A stretch of 64,000 bases of DNA, from the NCBI GenBank assembly GCA_002412555.1, contig DHVH01000309.1, positions 490 through 64,489 on the forward strand. Direction: 5' to 3'. This document shows positions 50,680 to 59,652 of the stretch, piece after piece. Within the stretch, counting starts at the first letter, position 1; each line of letters begins with the position of its first letter. Below the pieces are notes generated by a model. It was not told the origin of the DNA and made no database searches. It was given only the letters and a program-made list of their open reading frames with translations. The DNA is from Marinilabiliaceae bacterium UBA5213. Its GTDB lineage: Bacteria; Bacteroidota; Bacteroidia; Bacteroidales; Marinilabiliaceae. Made by a program: the position numbers and the translations under genes.

Positions 50680-51957
50680 ATGCAAAAATTAGAAGGTTCT
50701 CTTGTTGAGAATAGTCGAGGTATGCATGCTGAGCGGAGTCGAAGCATACCTGAATTGCGGTTTTCTGAATATGGAGGGAAATGGGAGAGAATAAAATTGG
50801 GTAAGATAACTCTTTTGATTACAGGTGCTACACCAAGTACTATGAATGGGGATTATTGGGGTGGAACTATTAGATGGATGAATTCAGGGGAGCTAAATCT
50901 AAAAAGAGTTTATGAAGTAGAAAATCGGATTACTGAGAAAGGCTTAAAACATTCGAGCACCAAGTTAATTCCTAAACATTCAGTGCTTATTGGCTTGGCA
51001 GGACAAGGTAAAACACGGGGGACGGTTGCAATGAACATGGTTGAACTATGCACTAACCAATCAATTGCTGCCATATTACCTGCTGAAAACATCTATAATT
51101 CTGATTTCTTATATCACAATCTTGATGGAAGGTATGATGAGCTAAGAAAGCTATCAACAGGTGAAGGAGGTCGAGGTGGGTTAAATTTGCAAATTTTAAA
51201 ATCACTTCCAATAAATCTCCCCACCCTCCCCGAACAACAAAAAATCGCCAACTTTTTCACTGCTATAGACCAGAAGATATCGCAACTCAAACGCAAGAAA
51301 ACCCTGCTGGAACAATACAAAAAAGGGGTGATGCAGAAAATCTTTTCACAGCAAATACGGTTTAAACCTGCCCTGAGCGAAGTCGAAGGGGATGATGGGA
51401 AGGAGTTTCCTGATTGGGAGTTGAGGAGGTTGGGGGAGGTATTTCAAGAATTTAGAAAAGCCTCTACTCTTAATAATCAGTATGAGGTTCTTACTTCTTC
51501 TAACAAAGGGTTATTGCTACAAAAAGATTATTATGGAGATAACAGGATAACAGAAAGAGAAAACAAAGGTTTTAATGTAATTCCTGAAGGATTTATCACT
51601 TACCGTTCAAGGAGTGATAACGGCATTTTTACTTTCAATATGAATAACTTAGGATTAACAGGAGTAATAAGCACCTATTATCCTGTATTTACGGCTATTG
51701 ATGGAGATAATAAATTTTTTGTAGAGTTTCTAAATTATCATTGGAAAATTATAAGTGTGTTTAGTGTAGGTACATCCCAAAAAGTATTTCCATTTACCGC
51801 TTTTAATCAAACTATTTTAGGAATCCCCTCAAAAGAAGAACAAACCAAAATCGCCAATTTTTTATCGGCAATTGATAATAAAATCCAGCACACCCAAAAG
51901 CAGATTGAACGGGCAGAACAGTGGAAAAAAGGATTGATGCAGAAAATGTTTGTTTAG
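50680..51957 (+). CDS. hsdS: Type I RM specificity subunit
   Basis: PELRF...W, two TRDs, and two EQ-KIANF--AID-KI...KKG-MQK-F conserved regions. Confidence 0.95.
   Translation: MQKLEGSLVENSRGMHAERSRSIPELRFSEYGGKWERIKLGKITLLITGATPSTMNGDYWGGTIRWMNSGELNLKRVYEVENRITEKGLKHSSTKLIPKHSVLIGLAGQGKTRGTVAMNMVELCTNQSIAAILPAENIYNSDFLYHNLDGRYDELRKLSTGEGGRGGLNLQILKSLPINLPTLPEQQKIANFFTAIDQKISQLKRKKTLLEQYKKGVMQKIFSQQIRFKPALSEVEGDDGKEFPDWELRRLGEVFQEFRKASTLNNQYEVLTSSNKGLLLQKDYYGDNRITERENKGFNVIPEGFITYRSRSDNGIFTFNMNNLGLTGVISTYYPVFTAIDGDNKFFVEFLNYHWKIISVFSVGTSQKVFPFTAFNQTILGIPSKEEQTKIANFLSAIDNKIQHTQKQIERAEQWKKGLMQKMFV
50706..50751. repeat. REP-like palindromic element (plus a degenerate copy) in frame in hsdS
   Basis: Core TGAGCGGAGTCGAA (50730-50743) between AGGTATGC/GCATACCT arms; degenerate TGAGAATAGTCGAG at 50706. 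Confidence 0.65.
51367..51390. repeat. REP-like palindromic element in frame in hsdS (PALSEVEG)
   Basis: CCTGCCCTGAGCGAAGTCGAAGGG has the same core as the 50730 copy and is 24 bp long. Confidence 0.7.
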
Positions 51958-51972
51958 TAAAAAAGACATATC

Positions 51973-52665
51973 ATGAATATTGAAGTCTATAGCGATGAGA
52001 GTGGGCTCGAAGCATTAACCAGCAAAGATGCACATGATTACACGGGCATTGGAAGTTTATGGATGCATGCTGATTACCGTATCGAGTTTAAAGCATCTAT
52101 GAATAACATCAAAGCGAAACACAATATCAATGGTGAATTAAAATGGCAAAAAGTATCACCTGCTTATCTTGACTTATACAAAGAAGTATTAGCGTATTTC
52201 TTTTCCACACCACAACTTCGCTTCAGGGTAATTTTAATTGAATCCAGCATTGTAAATAATATAAGATTTCATGATAAAGATGCTGAGCTGGGGTTCTATA
52301 AGTTTTATTATCAATTGTTGCACCACTGGATACTTGATTTTAACAGCTACAATATCTATCTCGACTATAAGGTAAACCGCAATAAAGGAAGGTTAAAAGT
52401 CCTAAAGGATGTCTTGAATGCATCAAATATTACTTCTGATATCCAACAGGTACAGGCTTTACATTCTGATGAATCGTTAGGGATCCAGCTTGCTGATATT
52501 CTAACAGGGCTGGCTACAGCAAAATTCAATTGCGAAATCCGCAGCACTGCGAAAAAAGAATTGATAAGTAGCGTGGAAAAACACATCGGAAGAACCATTG
52601 CACATACTCCCAAAAGCGAAGAGAAGTTTAATGTATTTAAAATTAATCTTCAGGGGGGATGGTAA
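51973..52665 (+). CDS. DUF3800 domain protein (predicted RNase H-like fold)
   Basis: N-terminal Y-DESG, E-KW-K, and C-terminal S-ES-GIQLADIL-G. Confidence 0.85.
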   Translation: MNIEVYSDESGLEALTSKDAHDYTGIGSLWMHADYRIEFKASMNNIKAKHNINGELKWQKVSPAYLDLYKEVLAYFFSTPQLRFRVILIESSIVNNIRFHDKDAELGFYKFYYQLLHHWILDFNSYNIYLDYKVNRNKGRLKVLKDVLNASNITSDIQQVQALHSDESLGIQLADILTGLATAKFNCEIRSTAKKELISSVEKHIGRTIAHTPKSEEKFNVFKINLQGGW

Positions 52666-53111
52666 TGATGTATTCTAAATTAAAGGCCCACAATATGAAA
52701 GAAGCCGAATTAAGAGAGATTTGGCGTAAAGAATACTGTGTGAAAGAGATAATTACATTCGATAGAGTTGCTGTTAAGTTTTATGAAGATATGTTCGATC
52801 ATGCTTTTTTTGAAAGTGCTAATAGAATTAAGAATGATAAATCCATATTATCCTACAACCGATTGGAAAAAATGTTATGGATTAAAGATACTTTGCAAGA
52901 TCCTGATGCCATATTGAAAAAAGGATGGAACAAAGACAAAAAGGAGTATTATACCGACAGGCGGGTTGCTGTGGTTAAGGGGAATTATGTGGTAATTATA
53001 AGATTCATTGGGTCACTTAAGGCAAAATTTATAACTGCCTACGAAAAAAATGACATTAGAAACATTCTTTCCAGTCCTGATTTTGAGAGAAGTGAAAGAT
53101 TTTTTGGGTAA
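52665..53111 (+). CDS. Putative BECR-fold (PBECR-like) RNase
   Basis: FDHAF...R---M-WIK-TL-DP...YVVII...F-TAY pattern. TAATG overlap with DUF3800 (alternative start at 52659). Confidence 0.55.
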   Translation: MMYSKLKAHNMKEAELREIWRKEYCVKEIITFDRVAVKFYEDMFDHAFFESANRIKNDKSILSYNRLEKMLWIKDTLQDPDAILKKGWNKDKKEYYTDRRVAVVKGNYVVIIRFIGSLKAKFITAYEKNDIRNILSSPDFERSERFFG

Positions 53112-53113
53112 AA

Positions 53114-53219
53114 TTAAAAAAACGTTGATTCGGGTTCAACGTTTAAAACCTTTGTAAATTCCAGACCAATGGTAAAGAACACTGTAAAGATAGGATGCTT
53201 ATATTTCTAAAACAACGAA
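53114..53219 (-). ncRNA. Predicted small RNA (~105 nt) convergent on the DUF3800/BECR pair
   Basis: Minus-strand TTTG-N19-TAATTTTG promoter (53255-53225) and terminator AAACGTTGA/TCAACGTTT (53120-53144) with a U run; no ORF listed in the interval. Confidence 0.55.
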
Positions 53220-53399
53220 ATTAACAAAATTAACAATTGAGTCATGTTAGCCAAATCAAATAAAAAACGCAGAACATCTTGGCTTGCGTATTTCGATTAC
53301 CTTCCTCCGAATGGCAGGATGAACTCAATACAAATCTGCGTAAATAATTTACACAATCAAGCGCAATACCAAAACTTTTACGCATTTAAGATTCAGACA

Positions 53400-56258
53400 A
53401 TGACCAAACAACCTGAAAATATACTGGAAGAGCAACTCATAACCCAATTACAGGAATTAGGTTATGAGAAGATAACCATCCCCAATGAAGATGCCTTACT
53501 TGTCAATCTGAAGACCCAATTGGAAAGGCATAATGGTGTTGTTTTTTCCGACAAGGAGTTTGATAAGGTCTTGAACATCCTGAGCAAAGGTTCGGTGTTT
53601 GAGAAGGCAAAGACACTCAGAGAAAAGCAACACATCATTCGTGACAATGGAGATAACCTCTATTTTGAATTTTTACAGACAGAGCATTGGTGTCAGAACC
53701 AGTTTCAAGTCACCAATCAGGTTGCCATGGAGGGTAAGTATAAAAACCGCTATGACGTGACTATTCTTATTAATGGTTTACCATTGGTACAAATAGAACT
53801 TAAACGAAGGGGGTTGGAACTAAAGGAAGCATTCAATCAAGTGAACCGCTACCAACGTCACTCATTTGGTGCAAGTTCGGCATTGTTTCAGTACGTTCAA
53901 ATATTTGTCATCAGCAATGGCGTAAATACAAAATACTACGCAAATAATCGCTATCAATCCTTTAAGCAGACCTTTTTCTGGACGAACAGAGAGAACAAAC
54001 GGCTGACCAACATATTAAATGGTTTCACAACCGATTTTCTTGAACCCTGCCACATCAGCAAGATGATATGCAAGTATATTGTTTTGAATGAAACCGCCAA
54101 AATATTGATGGTACTGCGACCTTATCAATATTATGCAGTGGAAGCACTCATTGATCGTGTGAAGCACAGCCGAAAAAACGGGTATATCTGGCACACCACA
54201 GGCAGTGGCAAAACCCTCACATCTTTTAAAGCCAGTCAGATTCTTACCAGGTTGCCGAAAGTACGCAAGGTGGTGTTTGTGGTCGATCGCAGAGATTTGG
54301 ATTACCAGACCAATAAAGAATTCAATAGTTTCAGCAAAGGCAGTGTGGATGGAACAGACAATACACGTGCATTGGTAAAACAATTTACCGATGACACAAA
54401 ACTCATTGTCACCACCATCCAGAAACTGAATACCGCCATCAGTAAAAAGCATTTTCTGGAACAGATGGAGCAGATAAAAGATGAACGCATAGTGTTTATC
54501 TTTGACGAATGCCACCGCAGCCAGTTCGGTGAAACCCATCAACGCATCACCAGTTATTTCAGCAACATCCAGATGTTCGGGTTTACAGGGACTCCCATTT
54601 TTGCCGACAATGCCGTTAAAAATGAAATGGGCAAACGCACCACCAAAGAACTGTTTGGCGAATGCCTGCACAAATATGTTATTACAGATGCCATCAGAGA
54701 TGAAAACGTGTTGAAGTTCTCGGTGGAATATGTGGGCAAATACCAGCGAAAAGATAGTGCTACGGAAATCGACATTCAAGTAGAAGACATTGATGTTCCT
54801 GAATTGATGGAATCATCACAGCGCATTGAAAAGATTTCGGATTACATCATTACAAACCATAAGCGAAAAACGCATAACAAAGAGTTTACAGCCATGTTTT
54901 GCGTCAGCAGTGTTGCTGTATTGATTAAGTATTATGAAGCCCTGCAAAGCAAGAAAATGCTTGGCCAGCACGATTTAAAAATTGCTACCATATTCTCCTA
55001 CACCGCAAATGAAGAAGATATGGATGCCAATGGTTTTATACCCGATGAAATACCCATTGCTGCTGAAGATGCTGCACCCTATGTGACCAACCAGCACACA
55101 CGTGAAAAACTGGACAACTGTATCAATGATTACAATCAGATGTTTGGTTCGTCCTTTTCTACCAAAGACAGCCAGAGTTTCTACAACTATTATAACGACA
55201 TCTCGAAGAAGGTAAAAGAACGAAAAATTGACCTGTTGGTAGTGGTGAATATGTTTCTGACAGGGTTTGACAGTCCTGCTCTCAACACTCTTTATGTTGA
55301 TAAAAATCTGAAATATCATGGACTGATACAAGCCTATTCCCGCACCAACCGCATTATTAATGAACTTAAATCTCAGGGCAATATAGTGGTATTCCGCAAT
55401 CTGAAAGAAGCCACCGATGAAGCCATTACCCTATTCAGTAATAAAGATGCCATTGAAGAGATAATCATGAAACCGTATGAAGACTATACGGAAGCATTCA
55501 ATACGGCATACAAAGCATTACTTGAGATAACCCCTACGGTGGATAGCGTCAATGAACTCCAAACCGAAGAAGATGAACTAAAGTTCATCAAAGCATTCCG
55601 TGATTTGATGCGGGTTAAAAATGTGCTCACCTCCTTTTCTGATTTCACATGGGAAGATTTGGAGATGAATGAGCAGCTATTCGAAGACTACAAAAGCAAA
55701 TACCTTGATCTTCATGATAAAACAAAAAGTGACAAGGACAAGGAGAAAGTGAGCATCTTGGACGATGTGGATTTTGAACTGGAACTGATCCACCGTGATG
55801 AAATCAATGTTACCTATATCATTCAACTACTGATAAAACTCAGTGCCAACCAGAAGAAGGATGCTGAACAGATAGAAAAAGAGATTACCAATTTACTAAA
55901 TACCGAAGTGCAACTCCGTAGTAAAAAGGAGTTAATTGAAAGATTTATAAATGAGAATCTACCCGTCATTAACAATACCGATGACATCCCTCAGGAATTT
56001 GATAAATTTTGGAATGAAGAACAGGAAAAATCATTTCTGAAACTGGTGAAAGAAGAAAACCTCTCACGTGAACGCACTCAGGCATTAATTGAAACCTATC
56101 TGTACAGCGAAAAAGAACCTATGCGTGATGAGATCTTGGAACTTCTGGAGGGTGAAAGACCGACCCTGCTTAAACGCAAAAAAACAGGTGACAGAATATT
56201 GAATAAGATAGTGGGATTTGTGGAGACCTTTATTAATGGAATGGTTGGTGGGAAATAA
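53400..56258 (+). CDS. hsdR: Type I RM restriction subunit
   Basis: DVTILINGLPL-QIELK nuclease, HTTGSGKT, DECH, MFLTGFD and QAYSRTNR. Start at MTKQPE. Confidence 0.96.
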   Translation: MTKQPENILEEQLITQLQELGYEKITIPNEDALLVNLKTQLERHNGVVFSDKEFDKVLNILSKGSVFEKAKTLREKQHIIRDNGDNLYFEFLQTEHWCQNQFQVTNQVAMEGKYKNRYDVTILINGLPLVQIELKRRGLELKEAFNQVNRYQRHSFGASSALFQYVQIFVISNGVNTKYYANNRYQSFKQTFFWTNRENKRLTNILNGFTTDFLEPCHISKMICKYIVLNETAKILMVLRPYQYYAVEALIDRVKHSRKNGYIWHTTGSGKTLTSFKASQILTRLPKVRKVVFVVDRRDLDYQTNKEFNSFSKGSVDGTDNTRALVKQFTDDTKLIVTTIQKLNTAISKKHFLEQMEQIKDERIVFIFDECHRSQFGETHQRITSYFSNIQMFGFTGTPIFADNAVKNEMGKRTTKELFGECLHKYVITDAIRDENVLKFSVEYVGKYQRKDSATEIDIQVEDIDVPELMESSQRIEKISDYIITNHKRKTHNKEFTAMFCVSSVAVLIKYYEALQSKKMLGQHDLKIATIFSYTANEEDMDANGFIPDEIPIAAEDAAPYVTNQHTREKLDNCINDYNQMFGSSFSTKDSQSFYNYYNDISKKVKERKIDLLVVVNMFLTGFDSPALNTLYVDKNLKYHGLIQAYSRTNRIINELKSQGNIVVFRNLKEATDEAITLFSNKDAIEEIIMKPYEDYTEAFNTAYKALLEITPTVDSVNELQTEEDELKFIKAFRDLMRVKNVLTSFSDFTWEDLEMNEQLFEDYKSKYLDLHDKTKSDKDKEKVSILDDVDFELELIHRDEINVTYIIQLLIKLSANQKKDAEQIEKEITNLLNTEVQLRSKKELIERFINENLPVINNTDDIPQEFDKFWNEEQEKSFLKLVKEENLSRERTQALIETYLYSEKEPMRDEILELLEGERPTLLKRKKTGDRILNKIVGFVETFINGMVGGK

Positions 56259-56281
56259 TTTGGCTCCAAAAATGGAAATTA

Positions 56282-57241
56282 ATGACAAGAATTGAGACAA
56301 TTATTGAATTTGAATATGGAATTCCTTGTAAAAAGGATGTTTTAGGAGCTGAGTTTCCGATTATGATTGGGGAGCTAAGAGGAACTATTGCTTTCCCCAA
56401 CCTGCCAGAAAATTTCAATAGAGAACTTAAAGAAGTCGATTTACGTCCTCCCAAAAATTCGAAATTATGCAAAACACTCTATGATTATGACAAAGAATGG
56501 GGGAGAATTACCGATTCACAGGGGAATAGCTATGTGAAAAAATGCATGATTTGGTTTCCGTGCACTGCGGAAAACTATAAAGATATTAGCTTGGGTATTA
56601 ACGAGAAGACTAATAATTACATAGACCAATTTATTTTATTTGTAGAGGTGTTAGCCAGAATTGCTATCGACGAGAATTCTTGTAAAGGTCTTTATATTAC
56701 AGGGGGTAGTGATTACCTCTATATTGATGAGTACCTTAAAATAAGTAGTGCAGATATCACTCCTTATGCCATAGTAGTGACCATAAACCCTGATAGTGAT
56801 TTTGTCCCTGAACAAATAATTAGGCAGGCAATTGAACATACCAACTCAAATCACAAAATTTGTGATGATCACCTTTTTTTAAGAGACTCAATATTTCATA
56901 AGAATAGGTATGAATTCAGACGTGCTATTTTGGATGCAACAACAGCAATTGAAATAGCGCTAACAAAAAGAATTTTGGTTGAGTTTAAACATATGAATGT
57001 CCTTCCCGATGGTTTAATAAATTCAGTATTAAAAAAATTCCACAGTTTAAGAGGACGGATTGAATTAATGCAAAGTTTAGATATAGAATTACCCCTGAAG
57101 AAATCAGATTATCTTGATTTCCTATCAAATGTTCGAAACAGAGCGATTCATGCAGGATACCAATCAAATTTAGATGAAGTTAAAAAGGTGATAGTAATAG
57201 CAACAAGAACAATCGATCAATTTGGGAGCGATTTTAGATAA
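56282..57241 (+). CDS. Putative HEPN-domain protein
   Basis: C-terminal A-LD---AIE helix and RNRAIH (Rx4H) motif; AT-rich. Confidence 0.6.
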   Translation: MTRIETIIEFEYGIPCKKDVLGAEFPIMIGELRGTIAFPNLPENFNRELKEVDLRPPKNSKLCKTLYDYDKEWGRITDSQGNSYVKKCMIWFPCTAENYKDISLGINEKTNNYIDQFILFVEVLARIAIDENSCKGLYITGGSDYLYIDEYLKISSADITPYAIVVTINPDSDFVPEQIIRQAIEHTNSNHKICDDHLFLRDSIFHKNRYEFRRAILDATTAIEIALTKRILVEFKHMNVLPDGLINSVLKKFHSLRGRIELMQSLDIELPLKKSDYLDFLSNVRNRAIHAGYQSNLDEVKKVIVIATRTIDQFGSDFR

Positions 57242-57500
57242 CCTTTTTCAGACAGAGGTATGTCAAACATATTTGTCTTTAATTTTGGAAAACTGAATAC
57301 TATCTGCTACCCTTTGTTAACTGACTGGTAATTGCTTAATATCTATAATGGGAAAACCCTTAGTGCCTTATACACCAAGGTTTTTCAAAAAAAAACTTAG
57401 TTTATGATAATCTTTAAATAAATACTCAATTTGAGCAAAACGGACTGGATTTCATCGAAAAAAAATACACTCCCATTAAATTGCATATTCTGTTTTATCC

Positions 57501-58784
57501 GGGTTCTGCTACCGCGACAAAAGGGTGCTCGAGAAATTTCCGGATGGGTCAGATGTGCCTAAAGAACATGCCTTGCGACACAGCGATTGGCTGTCTTTCA
57601 TGTACAAACGTCTGAACCTGGCGCAAAAGCTGCTTAAACCTGAGGGAGTTATTTTTATTTCAATCAACGAAGAAGTGTATGCGCAACTTAAACTATTGTG
57701 CGATAGAATCTTTCAGGGTACTAATTACATGACTTCATTTACTGTGAAGGTCAGGCATGAAGATCGTATTTTGAAAGGCGATAAGGACTTTCATGAAACG
57801 ACTGAGCAACTCCTCATGTATAGAAAATCACCTGAGTTTAAAGCCATCAAACGTTTGCAGGACAATACATCGATTGATAAGTATGTTTTTGCGATTGAAG
57901 AATTAACAGATAAGCCTGAAAAAATAAGGATGGGTTCAAAAGACGTGCTTGTATTCAAGCCAAATGAGTATAGAATTGTACGGTCGGAGCCATTCATTGA
58001 AAAATTTCAAAAAATTAATATTCGGGGATCTCTTAAGGAAGGCAATAGCTCCGGCCGTTTTCATATGCAACACCTCGAAGCAAGGAATCACCTGTTCAAT
58101 TATTTGTATAAGGTCCCCGATATGGGGGATGATGCTTGTGGTCACCGGTATTTTTTGTCGCGAAAATCCGAGGATCAACATAACGGTTCTTATTTTCAGG
58201 GTGTGCCCATAGGCAAGGACGATATTAAGGAAGTACCTTATCCAAATTTTCTTGATTTTGAGGAGGCTTTCAATAATGTTGGCTATGAAGGTGGTGTGGA
58301 GTTTCGCAATGGGAAGAAACCGGTAGATTTTATAAAGTTTTTATTTTCGATAGGAAGCACCAATAAGAATGCAGTCATCCTTGATTTTTTTGCCGGAAGT
58401 GGATCAACCGGACATGCAGTGATGGAACAAAACAACATTGATGGGGGCCGGCGTCAGGTGATCTTATGCACCAATAATGAAAACAATATAGCCAACGAGG
58501 TGACCTATCCCAGAATTAAAAATCTAATCACCGGATATATTCAAACCAAAAACCATAAAGTCATTCTTTATGAACTGCTACTAAACCCAATAAACCTATC
58601 TGATAACACAGCCATATTGGCAGCCAAAGAAAAATTCCTCTCTGATGCATTTAAGGAACGGTACGACGAAGTACATGAAGAGGTCCGAAAAAATCAATAT
58701 AGCCTGTTTGGCATGATTAAAAAGTCCTCTGCCGTCAAGGGCTATGGTGGTTCCCTGAAATATTATCAGACCGCATTTGTTTGA
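57501..58784 (+). pseudogene. Truncated type III RM Mod-like adenine methyltransferase
   Basis: RHSDWLSFM--RL, G-IFISI, F-NGKKP and ILDFFAGSGSTGHAV are present. The DPPY motif and N-terminus are absent (in-frame TAA at 57477), and no Res gene follows. Confidence 0.75.
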
Positions 58785-58803
58785 ATCCTTGAATTTCCAG
58801 CCG

Positions 58804-58836
58804 AAAAAAAGGAGCTGCCCTTTTGGACAGCTCCTT
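58804..58836 (-). terminator. Terminator of sdhCAB
   Basis: AAGGAGCTG/CAGCTCCTT hairpin with an A run on the + strand. Confidence 0.75.
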
Positions 58837-58859
58837 GCTATATAAAAGATCTGATGATC

Positions 58860-59615
58860 TTAGTCCTGGATTTTGGCGACCAAAAACTCGCGGTTGAGGC
58901 GAGCGATATTGGCCAGGGAAATGCCTTTGGGGCATTCCACTTCACAGGCACCTGTGTTGGTACAGTTACCAAAGCCGAGATCATCCATTCGGGCCACCAT
59001 GTTTTTGGCACGGCGGGCAGCTTCTACTCTGCCTTGTGGCAACAGGGCCAGCTGGCTGACTTTGGCAGAAACAAACAACATGGCAGAGCCGTTTTTACAG
59101 GCCGCTACGCAGGCACCACATCCGATGCATGAAGCAGCATCCATGGCCTCATCGGCCTCATCCTTTGAAATAGGCAGGGCGTTGGCATCGGGTATACCGC
59201 CGGTATTCACCGAAACGTAACCACCGGCTGCAATGATTTGGTCAAAAGCGGTACGGTCAACAATCAGGTCTTTAATGACCGGAAAACCAGCCGAACGCCA
59301 AGGCTCAATGGTAATGGTTTCGTTATTTTTGAATTTGCGCATGTGCAACTGGCAGGTCGTAATGTCGTCATCGGGCCCGTGGGGGCGACCGTTGATGTAC
59401 AGAGAACACATGCCACAGATGCCTTCGCGACAGTCGTGATCGAAGGCTATCGGCTCTTTGCCTTCGTTGACAAGCTGCTCGTTCAAAATGTCCATCATTT
59501 CGAGGAACGAACTGTCTGTTGAGATATTGTCCAGTTTGAAGGTTTCAAAGCGGCCCTTGTCGCGGGCGTTTTGTTGTCTCCAGACCTTAAGTTTGATGTT
59601 TATATTGTTTTCCAT
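58860..59615 (-). CDS. sdhB: Succinate dehydrogenase/fumarate reductase Fe-S subunit
   Basis: [20 protein letters not shown] and [12 protein letters not shown]. Confidence 0.96.
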   Translation of the reverse strand: MENNINIKLKVWRQQNARDKGRFETFKLDNISTDSSFLEMMDILNEQLVNEGKEPIAFDHDCREGICGMCSLYINGRPHGPDDDITTCQLHMRKFKNNETITIEPWRSAGFPVIKDLIVDRTAFDQIIAAGGYVSVNTGGIPDANALPISKDEADEAMDAASCIGCGACVAACKNGSAMLFVSAKVSQLALLPQGRVEAARRAKNMVARMDDLGFGNCTNTGACEVECPKGISLANIARLNREFLVAKIQD

Positions 59616-59652
59616 GATTAAACTCCATTTAATAAGTTGAATTGGCTGACCA

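Noticed and set aside
53244..53399. 52-codon N-terminal extension of hsdR
   Set aside because: HsdR-like sequence starts at MTKQPE (53400), and the extension overlaps promoter and hairpin elements.
54015..54779. 254 aa minus-strand ORF
   Set aside because: Antisense shadow of hsdR.
49108..56258. Phase-variable hsdS shufflon
   Set aside because: Only one hsdS, with no recombinase or silent TRD copies in the window.
57501..57520. GGGTTCTGCTACCGCGACAA resembles a degenerate tRNA-Pro 3' end (att site)
   Set aside because: In frame it encodes GFCYRDK, the expected Mod sequence after DPPY, and it does not match the tRNA-Arg end.
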